Both the position numbers and the translations under genes were made by a program. Under the pieces are notes generated by a model. The model was not told where the DNA came from. It did no database searches and was given only the letters and a program-made list of their open reading frames with translations. Positions 54,709 through 63,291 of a stretch of DNA of 64,000 nucleotides are shown here, in pieces. Positions within the stretch are counted from its first letter, which is position 1. Each line of letters begins with the position of its first letter. This DNA comes from an uncultured Phycisphaeraceae bacterium (lineage in GTDB: Bacteria; Planctomycetota; Phycisphaerae; Phycisphaerales; UBA1924): assembly GCA_964350875.1 (NCBI GenBank), contig CAYGLT010000001.1, positions 6,199 through 70,198 on the forward strand. Direction: 5' to 3'.

Positions 54709-55097
54709 CCGTGACGGCGGCGCAGTCGGCGGGCGTGGGCAACGCGATGCAGATCGCCGTGTGGGCGGTCGTGCTCATCCTGCTCGCGATCGTGGGCTTC
54801 TGGGCCGCGATGTGGATCCGCAAGCGTGCGCTGGGCGAGGCGGAGACCAGCGACGAGGGGCTCACGCTCGGGGCGTTGAGGACGATGCACAACCGGGGGG
54901 AACTCTCCGACGAGGAGTTCGAGGCCGCCCGGGCCGCCATCGTGAGCCGCGCAGGCCTCGACCCTGACAAAGCACGATCCGTGCGCTCGGACGGGGGATT
55001 CGCGCTGAAGGCGGGCCCCGGGGTCGATCTGACGGGCGCCCCGTTGCCCGTGCGGCGTGACGAAGAATCCAAGGATTCTGAGGGCGGCGCGAACTAG
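54705..55097 (+). CDS. membrane-anchored SHOCT domain protein
   Basis: GTG at 54705 overlaps the upstream stop. The TM segment is IAVWAVVLILLAIVGFWAAMWI. The SHOCT-like stretch is LRTMHNRGELSDEEFEAARAAI. Confidence 0.62.
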   Translation: MTVTAAQSAGVGNAMQIAVWAVVLILLAIVGFWAAMWIRKRALGEAETSDEGLTLGALRTMHNRGELSDEEFEAARAAIVSRAGLDPDKARSVRSDGGFALKAGPGVDLTGAPLPVRRDEESKDSEGGAN

Positions 55098-55258
55098 GAC
55101 CGAGAACCATGCGGATGATCTGTGGAAGGATCTTCCGCGAATGATCAGTGTTTCTGCGCATCGAGAACAAGCCCCGGCGTGCCGATAGACTTGCCTATCG
55201 ACCGCGCGGTGGAGTCGCTCGCGGCGACTGACCTTGCGCAGCACACCCCGAGGACCGC

Positions 55259-56641
55259 ATGGCCAAGAATCGAATGGATGGAGAGGGACCGACCAGCACC
55301 AACGCCCCGGAGATGTCCGGAGGCTCAGGCGGAGGGTCCGGAGGCGGCGGCGGCTCGGGTGGTTCCGGCGGCGGCGACGGCGGTTTCCGCGGGCGCCGCA
55401 TCACCACATGCTCGTTCTGCGGCAAGTCCTCCCGCGAGGTCGGCCCGATGGTCGAAGGCCCGAGCGAGGTCTACATCTGCTCGAACTGCGTCGATCTGTG
55501 CCAGAACATCTTCAAGCAGGAGCGTCGCCGCGTCTCGTCGTCGCGCCCCGTGCTCGGCGCGATCCCCTCGCCCCGCCAGATCAAAGAGTTCATGGACCAG
55601 TACATCGTCGGCCAGCAGCTCGCCAAGAAGGGGCTCTCGGTCGCCGTCCACAACCACTACAAGCGTCTGACGCAACTCGAGAACGAGCAGTCGCCCGTCG
55701 AACTCGACAAGAGCAATGTGCTCCTCGTCGGGCCCACCGGCTCGGGCAAGACGCTCCTCGCGCGCACCATGGCGCGCATGCTGAATGTCCCCTTCGCCAT
55801 CGGCGACGCCACCACGCTCACCGAGGCGGGGTATGTCGGCGAGGATGTCGAGAACCTGCTCCTCAAACTCCTCCAGGCGGCGGACTACGACCTCGAGGCG
55901 GCGCAGCGCGGCATCATCTACATCGACGAAATCGACAAGATCGGGAAGACCTCGAACAATGTCTCCATCACCCGTGATGTGAGCGGCGAGGGCGTCCAGC
56001 AGTCGCTGCTCAAGATGCTCGAGGGCACCGTCGCGAATGTGCCTCCTCAGGGCGGCCGCAAGCACCCCGAGCAGCAGTACATCCAGATCGACACCAGCAA
56101 CATCCTCTTCATCTGCGGCGGCTCGTTCGTCGGGCTGGAAGATGTCATCCGCCGGCGCATCGGCAAGAAGCGCATCGGCTTCACCAACCAGGCGCCCGCC
56201 TCGCACGACGAGATCATCGAGTCGGCCGAGGTGCTCGCGAAGGTCGCGCCCGAGGATGTCATCGAGTACGGCATGATCCCCGAACTCGTCGGCCGCCTCC
56301 CGGTCATCACGCCGCTCGAGCCGCTCTCGCTCGAGGCGCTCAAGAAGATTCTTCTCGAACCCAAGAACGCGATCGTCAAGCAGTATGAGCACCTGTTCTC
56401 GCTCGAGAACGCCAAGCTCACGATCACCGACGACGCGCTCGAACTCATCGCGAAGAAGGCCCGCGAGCGCAAGACGGGCGCCCGCGCCCTCCGCGCCGTG
56501 ATCGAGGAGATCATGATCGACCTGATGTTCGATCTCCCCGACATGGACAACCAGGGCGCCGAGTATGTCCTCGACCGCGAGGCGATCCTGAACCCGCGCG
56601 GCCTGAAGGCCATGCGTGTCCAGCGCAAGGAATCGGCCTGA
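55259..56641 (+). CDS. clpX: ATP-dependent Clp protease ATP-binding subunit ClpX (with Gly/Ser-rich N-terminal extension)
   Basis: The zinc finger is CSFCGKS...CSNCVDLC, Walker A is [14 protein letters not shown] and Walker B is IIYIDEIDK. The GYVGEDVEN pore loop and the IGF-like loop region are present. Confidence 0.97.
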   Translation: MAKNRMDGEGPTSTNAPEMSGGSGGGSGGGGGSGGSGGGDGGFRGRRITTCSFCGKSSREVGPMVEGPSEVYICSNCVDLCQNIFKQERRRVSSSRPVLGAIPSPRQIKEFMDQYIVGQQLAKKGLSVAVHNHYKRLTQLENEQSPVELDKSNVLLVGPTGSGKTLLARTMARMLNVPFAIGDATTLTEAGYVGEDVENLLLKLLQAADYDLEAAQRGIIYIDEIDKIGKTSNNVSITRDVSGEGVQQSLLKMLEGTVANVPPQGGRKHPEQQYIQIDTSNILFICGGSFVGLEDVIRRRIGKKRIGFTNQAPASHDEIIESAEVLAKVAPEDVIEYGMIPELVGRLPVITPLEPLSLEALKKILLEPKNAIVKQYEHLFSLENAKLTITDDALELIAKKARERKTGARALRAVIEEIMIDLMFDLPDMDNQGAEYVLDREAILNPRGLKAMRVQRKESA

Positions 56642-56701
56642 TCGAGGCGGCACGGGCGCCCCAGCGGCGTTCCGAACCGGCACGCCCTGCTTCCCGGCGT
56701 C

Positions 56702-56717
56702 AGTCAACTTGTTGACT
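56702..56717. promoter_or_regulatory. 7-2-7 inverted repeat, candidate MarR operator overlapping a -35-like TTGACT
   Basis: The repeat is AGTCAAC-TT-GTTGACT. TTGACT (56712-56717) is followed 16 nt later by TAGCGT (56734-56739). It lies immediately upstream of the marR-like ATG at 56746. Confidence 0.5.
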
Positions 56718-56745
56718 TGGCCCCGGGCGCGGCTAGCGTTCCCCC

Positions 56746-57315
56746 ATGGGAAAGTCAGGGGACGCAGTCGGTGACAATCGCGAATCGGGCGCGCCCGTTC
56801 GTTGTGAGGCCGGGGCCATCGCGGCCGGTCACGGCGCGTGCTGCCCCGACAGCGTGCACGATCTGCCGCTGATCATCCGCTTCTTCATCATCCACAACAC
56901 CACGATGCGCATCGGCGACCGCCTCACGGCGCCGCTGGGCATGACCGGCTCGCGCTGGCTGATGCTCTGCGCAATCAACCGGCACGGGGACAACCACCCG
57001 CGCATCTCCGACCTCAGCGCCGACGCGATGCTCAGCGCGCAGAATGTCAGCCGCATGGTCGCGTCGCTCGAGGACGAGGGCCTCGTGGACCGCTTCACCA
57101 TCCAGGGCGGCGGCCGCGCGACCTATGTGAAACTTACGCCCAAGGGCGAGAAGATCATCGAAGAGTGTGATCGACTCGGCGAACGATTCGACGAATGGTT
57201 CCTCGCGCGACTGACCGAGGACGATGTCGAGTTGCTCAAGCGCAAACTCGACCTGTTGATCGAGAACATCTCCGCCTTCGAGCGGTACCTGGACGAGAGC
57301 AAGGAATCGAAGTGA
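56746..57315 (+). CDS. MarR family transcriptional regulator
   Basis: The wHTH region is RISDLSADAMLSAQNVSRMVASLEDEGLVDRFTIQGGGRATYVKLTPKG. The true start may be internal. Confidence 0.8.
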   Translation: MGKSGDAVGDNRESGAPVRCEAGAIAAGHGACCPDSVHDLPLIIRFFIIHNTTMRIGDRLTAPLGMTGSRWLMLCAINRHGDNHPRISDLSADAMLSAQNVSRMVASLEDEGLVDRFTIQGGGRATYVKLTPKGEKIIEECDRLGERFDEWFLARLTEDDVELLKRKLDLLIENISAFERYLDESKESK

Positions 57316-58487
57316 TGCAACGGACGCGCATGCAGTTTCTGGCGGCGGCGGTGTGTCTTATGTTCCTCAGCGCGGCCCGCGCGCAGGACGCGGCGGCCGT
57401 GCGGGTCGGCCTGGTCGAGATGCGGCCGGTCGAGCAACGCGCAAGCGTGACGGGCGAGGTCCGCGCGACCCAGCGGTCGCGGATCGCCTCTCGCGAGGCG
57501 GGCAAGGTCGTCACGGTCCGGGTCCGCGAGGGCGACAGCGTGAAGAAGGGCGATGTGCTCGTCACGCTCGACGAATCGCTCCTCCGCATCGACCTCGCCA
57601 GCGCGAAGGCCCAACTCGCCGCGGCCGATTCCTCGCTGGTCGAGGCGAAGTCGGTCCTCGATCGGCGCGAGCGCGACCTGCGCAAACTCGAAGAGTTGCA
57701 GCGTCGCCAGAGCGCCACCGAAACCGAAGTTCAGGACGCCCGATCGGAAGTCGACGCGCAGGCGGCGCGTGTCGCCGCGCGCACGGCGGAGATCGAGGGC
57801 GCCAAGGCGCGTGTCGCGCGTCTGGAGGAACAGCTCTCCGACATGACGGTCGTTGCGCCGTTCAACGGGCGCATCTCGCAGAAACTCGTCGACGAGGGCG
57901 AGTGGGCGGGGCAGGGCGACGCGCTCGTCGAACTCGTCGCCTCGGACACCGTCGATGTCTTCCTCGATGTGCCCCAGCGGTACGTGAACGCGATCCAGGC
58001 GGGCGACGCCTCGATCTCGGTGCGATTCGATGCGCTCGGCATGGAAGCGACGCTGTCGAACGGCAGCGTGGTGCCGGTCGCGGATTCCGCGGCTCGCACC
58101 TTCCCGGTGCGTCTGGTGGCGCCCAACGACGAGGGGCTTATTCAGCCCGGCATGTCGGTGACGGCGTCGATCCCCGCGGGATTCAGCGGGCCCGCGATGC
58201 TGGCGCCCGCCGACGCGCTGCTCCGCGACGACGCGGGCTGGTTCGTGTACACGGCCACGCCGGGCGAGCAGGGCCACATCGCGCTCCCGGCGCGCGTTGA
58301 GCAACTGTTCCGCACCGGCGCGTTGGTGGCGATCAGGCCGATCAGCGGCCCGGTGTTCCCGGGCGCAGCGGTCGTGACCGAAGGCAACGAGCGCATCCTG
58401 TTCCCGGGACAGCCCCTGCAGGTGACGAATCCCCAGGCGCTCGATCAGTCGGCGTCGGCGGGGGAGCGTGACGGAGCGACACAATGA
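57315..58487 (+). CDS. RND efflux membrane fusion protein (HlyD/AcrA family)
   Basis: The ATG overlaps the marR stop, with a signal/anchor. The lipoyl-like stretch is VRVREGDSVKKGDVLVTLD, with a coiled-coil hairpin and the beta-barrel stretch VVAPFNGRI. Confidence 0.88.
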   Translation: MQRTRMQFLAAAVCLMFLSAARAQDAAAVRVGLVEMRPVEQRASVTGEVRATQRSRIASREAGKVVTVRVREGDSVKKGDVLVTLDESLLRIDLASAKAQLAAADSSLVEAKSVLDRRERDLRKLEELQRRQSATETEVQDARSEVDAQAARVAARTAEIEGAKARVARLEEQLSDMTVVAPFNGRISQKLVDEGEWAGQGDALVELVASDTVDVFLDVPQRYVNAIQAGDASISVRFDALGMEATLSNGSVVPVADSAARTFPVRLVAPNDEGLIQPGMSVTASIPAGFSGPAMLAPADALLRDDAGWFVYTATPGEQGHIALPARVEQLFRTGALVAIRPISGPVFPGAAVVTEGNERILFPGQPLQVTNPQALDQSASAGERDGATQ

Positions 58488-61400
58488 GTCTGATTCGGTT
58501 CTGCATCAACCGACCGGTCACCGTGATCGTCGGCGCGGTGGTGCTTGTGCTCGCGGGCCTGCTGAGTTTCTCGGCGGTCCCGATCCAACTCACGCCCAAC
58601 ATCGACAAGACCAGCATCACCGTGCGCACTTTCTGGGAGGGCGCCAGCCCGATCGAGATCGAGCGCGAGATCATCGACGAGCAGGAAGAGCGTCTGCGCG
58701 GCGTCTCGAACCTCGTGAAAATGCGATCGGTCTCCCAGCAGGACACGGGCGTCATCACGCTCGAGTTCGCGATCGGCACCGACAAGAATGTCGCACTGCG
58801 CGAAGTCTCCGACCGCCTGCGTGAGGTCCCCGATTATCCCGAGAATGTCGACGAGCCCGTGGTGCGCACGGGCGACGACCGCGACCGCGACTACATCGCG
58901 TGGATCATCGCGGGCACGACCGACCCGGACTACGACATCCGCCAGATGTTCGACTTCTTCGACGACCGGGTGAAGCCCTATCTGGAGCGATCGCCCGGCG
59001 TGTCGGAGGTGAATGTCCTGGGCGGCACGGAGCGCGAGGCGCGGCTGCTCGTCGACGCCGAGAAACTCGCCCAGCGCGGCGTGACCTTCCCCGAACTGAT
59101 CGCGGCGCTGCGCGGCGAGAATGTGAATGTCTCGGCGGGCCAACTCCCCGAGGGCAAGCGGAATGTCCGCGTGCGCGTCGTCGGCGAGTACGAATCGCCC
59201 GGGCAGATCATGGACACGATCCTCGCGTACCGGAGCGGCGCGCCGGTCTATTTCCGCGATGTCGGCACGGTCGACATTTCGTACAAGGAAGCCACGAGCG
59301 AGGTCCGTCAGAACGGCAATGTCTCGCTCGCGATCAATGTGCAGCGCGAGCCGGGCTCGAATGTGCTCGCGGTGATGGACGGGGTGCGTTCGCGCATCGC
59401 CGAACTGAACGCGCCGGGCGGCCTGCTGGAGCAGGAAGCGCGGCGGGTCGGCATGAACGGTTCGGTTCAGATGAAGCAGGTCTACGACCAGACCATCTAC
59501 ATCTACACCGCGCTCGACCTCGTGCGAAGCAACATCTTCCTGGGCGGCATTCTCGCGATCATCGTGCTGCTCGCGTTCCTTCGCTCGTTCCGCGCGACGC
59601 TCATCGTCGCGATCACGATCCCGGTGTCGATCATCGGGTCGTTCATCGTGCTCAAGGCGCTGGGGCGGAACATCAATGTGATCTCGCTCGCGGGCATGGC
59701 GTTCGCCACGGGCATGGTCGTGGACAACGCGATCGTGGTGCTGGAGAACATCTACCGCCGCCGCCAGATGGGCGACGAGGCGCCGCAGGCGTCGCTGCGC
59801 GGCACGAACGAGGTCTGGGCCGCCGTCCTTGTTTCGACGCTGACGACGGTGATCGTGTTTGCGCCGATCCTGACCATCCAGGAGGAGATCGGCCAACTGT
59901 TCCGCGACATCGCGCTGTCGATCTGCGCCGCGGTGCTGCTCTCGCTGATCGCATCGATCACGATCATCCCGATGTTCGCCGCCCGTCTGCTGCGCCGGGG
60001 CGTCGCGGGCGTGAATCAGCCGAAGAAGAAGCGCCGCAACCCGATCACGGGCGCGTTCGGCGCTATCGATCGCGCCGCGGCGAAACTCCGCGACGGGTAT
60101 GTCTCGTTGCTGACCGTCGTGATGCGTTCGTGGATCGCGAGGATCGTGGGAGTCGGAGTGATCACGATCGGCGCGCTGGTCGGCGCGATGATCCTGCTGC
60201 CGCCTTCGAGTTACCTCCCCGCGGGCAACCGCAACCTGATCTTCGCGTTCATGATCCCGCCGCCCGGCTACAACCTCGCGATGCAGAGCGAACTCGCGCA
60301 GCGCGTCGAGTCGACGATCCGTCCCTACTGGGAGGCCGCTGGCGACGAGCAGGCGGCCGAAGCGCTGCCCACCGTGACCGGCCCCGATCCGATCTCCGGT
60401 CAGATCGTCACGGTGCAGCCGCCGCCCATCGACAACTTCTTCTTCGTCGCGATCGACGGCGGCATGTTCATGGGAGCGATCGCGACGGAAGAGGCGCGGG
60501 TGCGCAATCTGATCCCGCTCTTCCTGCAGGCGGCGGGCCCGAACGCCGCTCCCGGCGTTTTCGCGTTCCCGATCCAGTTGCCCCTGTTCCAGGTCGGCGG
60601 CTTCGGCTCGGGCAACTCTGTCGAGGTCGAGATCGTCGGCGACGATCTCGGACAGGTGCGCAACGCCGCGTACGCGCTCATGGGCGCGGGCTTCCAGTAT
60701 GTCGGCCAAGGCGTGTTCGAGTCCATCCGTCCCGATCCGGGCAACTTCAACATCTCGGGGCAGGAAGTCCGCGTCGATGTCGACCGCGTCCGCGCCGCGG
60801 AGGTCGGGTTCAATGTGAGCCAGGTCGCGTCAGCCGTGAGCGCCGCGGGCGACGGCGGCATCATCGGCGAGTACCAGGACGGCGGCACGCGCATCGACAT
60901 GCGCGTCATCGAGACGCGTCAGAACGACACGATGAATCCCGCGCTCGACTTTGGGCAACTCGCCGGCATGCCGATCGCGACGCCGAGCGGCGATGTGGTC
61001 ACCATCGGCGATCTCGCGACGCTCAGCCGCGTGGATTCTCCCCAGCAGATCAACCGTTCGGAGGGTCAGCGGAGCGTGACGCTGAACATCTCGGCGCCCG
61101 CGGGCCGCGCGCTCGAGGATGTGATGGCGGTGATCGAGAACGAACTCATCGCGCCGATGCGTGAGCAGGGGGTCATCCCGCCCACGGTGCAGACGAACCT
61201 GTCGGGCGCCGCGAGCAAACTCACCGAAGTGCGCAACGCGATGCTCGGCGAGTGGACGGGCGGGTTCTTCGCCGCGCTCATGAGCGTGCTCACGAGCCGC
61301 ATGTTCCTCGCGATCCTTTTCTGCTACCTGCTCATGTGCGCGCTTTTCGAGAGTTTCCTGTACCCGCTCGTGATCATGGCGACGGTGCCCCTCGCGCTCA

Positions 61401-61984
61401 TCGGCGGGGTGCTCGGCCTGCGCCTTGTGCACGAGTTCGACACGACCCAGCAACTCGACACGCTGACCATGCTCGGCTTTGTCATCCTTGTGGGCATCGT
61501 GGTGAACAACGCCGTGCTCATCGTGGCGCAGTCACTGAACTTCATGCGTGGGTTCGGCGAGACCGAGAGCGATCCGATCGAGCCCATGGAGCCTCACGCG
61601 GCGGTCGCGGAGTCCGTGCGCACACGCACGCGACCGATTATGATGACCACGCTGACCTCGGTCATCGGCATGGCCCCGCTCGTGCTCATGCCCGGCGCGG
61701 GATCGGAGTTGTACCGGGGGCTCGGCTCCGTCGTCCTCGCGGGACTGCTCTGCGCGGCGGTGTTCACGCTGGGCGTGGTGCCGATGCTGCTCACGCTCGT
61801 GCTCGACGCCAAGCAGGTGATCTTCGGGACCGCCGACGGACCGGCCAGGGCCGCCCGTGAGAAGTGGGAGCGCATGGCGGCGCAGCGTGCGAAGCCGGCG
61901 CACGGCGGCGTCGGTTCACAGAACGGCGCGGAGGTGTCGAGCAAGCCCGCCGAGCGCCGCAAGGAAGCCCCGGCGACGATCTGA
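58484..61984 (+). CDS. RND superfamily efflux transporter (AcrB/AcrD/AcrF family)
   Basis: The N-terminus is MSLIRFCINRPVTVIVGAVVLVLAG, and it has the 12-TM / two-large-loop architecture. VDNAIVVLENI and VVNNAVLIV motifs are present. It has an ATGA overlap with the MFP gene. Confidence 0.95.
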   Translation: MSLIRFCINRPVTVIVGAVVLVLAGLLSFSAVPIQLTPNIDKTSITVRTFWEGASPIEIEREIIDEQEERLRGVSNLVKMRSVSQQDTGVITLEFAIGTDKNVALREVSDRLREVPDYPENVDEPVVRTGDDRDRDYIAWIIAGTTDPDYDIRQMFDFFDDRVKPYLERSPGVSEVNVLGGTEREARLLVDAEKLAQRGVTFPELIAALRGENVNVSAGQLPEGKRNVRVRVVGEYESPGQIMDTILAYRSGAPVYFRDVGTVDISYKEATSEVRQNGNVSLAINVQREPGSNVLAVMDGVRSRIAELNAPGGLLEQEARRVGMNGSVQMKQVYDQTIYIYTALDLVRSNIFLGGILAIIVLLAFLRSFRATLIVAITIPVSIIGSFIVLKALGRNINVISLAGMAFATGMVVDNAIVVLENIYRRRQMGDEAPQASLRGTNEVWAAVLVSTLTTVIVFAPILTIQEEIGQLFRDIALSICAAVLLSLIASITIIPMFAARLLRRGVAGVNQPKKKRRNPITGAFGAIDRAAAKLRDGYVSLLTVVMRSWIARIVGVGVITIGALVGAMILLPPSSYLPAGNRNLIFAFMIPPPGYNLAMQSELAQRVESTIRPYWEAAGDEQAAEALPTVTGPDPISGQIVTVQPPPIDNFFFVAIDGGMFMGAIATEEARVRNLIPLFLQAAGPNAAPGVFAFPIQLPLFQVGGFGSGNSVEVEIVGDDLGQVRNAAYALMGAGFQYVGQGVFESIRPDPGNFNISGQEVRVDVDRVRAAEVGFNVSQVASAVSAAGDGGIIGEYQDGGTRIDMRVIETRQNDTMNPALDFGQLAGMPIATPSGDVVTIGDLATLSRVDSPQQINRSEGQRSVTLNISAPAGRALEDVMAVIENELIAPMREQGVIPPTVQTNLSGAASKLTEVRNAMLGEWTGGFFAALMSVLTSRMFLAILFCYLLMCALFESFLYPLVIMATVPLALIGGVLGLRLVHEFDTTQQLDTLTMLGFVILVGIVVNNAVLIVAQSLNFMRGFGETESDPIEPMEPHAAVAESVRTRTRPIMMTTLTSVIGMAPLVLMPGAGSELYRGLGSVVLAGLLCAAVFTLGVVPMLLTLVLDAKQVIFGTADGPARAAREKWERMAAQRAKPAHGGVGSQNGAEVSSKPAERRKEAPATI

Positions 61985-62001
61985 TCCTGCTGTTTGGGCG
62001 G

Positions 62002-63291
62002 TCAGTTCAACTCGGCAACGCACCACGCGCGCTCGCCCGCGATGTCGACCGATCCGACGAAGTGAACGCGAATGTCCGCATCCAGCAGATGGCGCACACG
62101 CTTGGGGCGGTCGGTGAACAGGTGGAGCGTCGCGGGGCGGTCGATGTCGATCGCGCTCCCCAGCGCGGTCGCGCACGCCGCAGCAAGGATCTGACGATTC
62201 AACTTCGTCCACGCCTGCGCGGAGAGGAGCAAAGCGGTCGGGTTCGCGTCGTCTTCGTCGCGTGCCAGCAGGTGAAGTCCGCCGGATGAATCGGCGGCGA
62301 GTTCGACGCCGTCACATCGAGGGATGCTGAACGGGACCGGCGCGAGGTTCTCCAGCCGCGCCGCCAGCGTCGTCTGATCGGTTGGGAGTGTCCTTTCAGC
62401 GGCCTGCACGGGGGGCGTTTCGCTGACCGGAGGATCGACCGGAGCGGGCTTGTGCTCGATCATGGGGGCGGCGGGAGGGGCGGGTTGCTCCATCGCCTTG
62501 GATCGAGGTCGATTCACCGAGCGGATCACCGCGTCGTTGTCGGCGTCGGTCGGGCCGCGGAACACGCACACGCTCGGCGCGGGTTCGATGCGCTCGACAT
62601 GTCCCGCGTACTCCAGCGGGGTCTCCAGGAACACACGGGCGGCGCGGGCGATCTTCTCGAACGCCCGGCGGCCTTGTTCTTCGGAGGCGCCCATCGCGGC
62701 GATGCGGACGCGCGGGGGAGTGGTGCGTCCGGACCAACGCGGAGCGAGCGATTTCAGTGTGCGGTACGCGGCGATCAGCGCGGGCTCGTCGATCCCGGTG
62801 AGGATCACGACCGAAGCGACGCCTTCATGCGTGGCGAGTTCGACCTCGCTGGTTTCGCCCGTGCGGAGGATGACTCGAGCGCAGTGCGTAGCCGCTGCAT
62901 TAATCGCGTCGTCGAGCGTCGATGCACGCGTCGGCGCATCGGTGTTGGTGTCGAGGCCGAGGATGTCCACGCTGCCCTCGCCCGCGAGTGTGCGGACGAG
63001 CGCGATCGGGGCGTCGACTCGAGCGGACTCTGCGCGCACGAACTGGGTGATCCAGGCGCTTGCGTAGACAGGGAGACTGCCGAGCAGAACGGCGTCGACG
63101 GGCAACGGCCCGGCCGGCTTGAGCGCCTCGGGCGGGTCTGCTTCGGTCGTTTCATCCTCGACGAGCCGGAGCGATGCCTGCGCAGAGGCCGGGCGATGTT
63201 CGTCGCCGAGAAAGAGATCGGCGAGCGCGTCGTACTCGCCCACGAGTCTGGGGCCGGTGTCGGACTTGCGGTCGGTCGGGAACGAACTCAT
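62002..63291 (-). CDS. hypothetical protein with ParA/MinD-like fold signature but no P-loop
   Basis: ATG at 63291 overlaps the upstream stop (ATGA). Its layout resembles MinD/FlhG (VVILTGIDEPALIAAYRTLKSL; RVRIAAMGASEEQGRRAFEKIARAARVFLETPLEYAGHV). GSLPVYAS sits where GKGGxGKT would be expected. Confidence 0.6.
   Translation of the reverse strand: MSSFPTDRKSDTGPRLVGEYDALADLFLGDEHRPASAQASLRLVEDETTEADPPEALKPAGPLPVDAVLLGSLPVYASAWITQFVRAESARVDAPIALVRTLAGEGSVDILGLDTNTDAPTRASTLDDAINAAATHCARVILRTGETSEVELATHEGVASVVILTGIDEPALIAAYRTLKSLAPRWSGRTTPPRVRIAAMGASEEQGRRAFEKIARAARVFLETPLEYAGHVERIEPAPSVCVFRGPTDADNDAVIRSVNRPRSKAMEQPAPPAAPMIEHKPAPVDPPVSETPPVQAAERTLPTDQTTLAARLENLAPVPFSIPRCDGVELAADSSGGLHLLARDEDDANPTALLLSAQAWTKLNRQILAAACATALGSAIDIDRPATLHLFTDRPKRVRHLLDADIRVHFVGSVDIAGERAWCVAELN

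Noticed and set aside
55183-55200. The inverted repeat CGATAG-N6-CTATCG upstream of clpX as a CIRCE/HrcA or CtsR heat-shock operator.
   Set aside because: It does not resemble CIRCE (TTAGCACTC-N9-GAGTGCTAA) or the CtsR heptad repeat. The arms are only 6 bp, which is easily a chance match.
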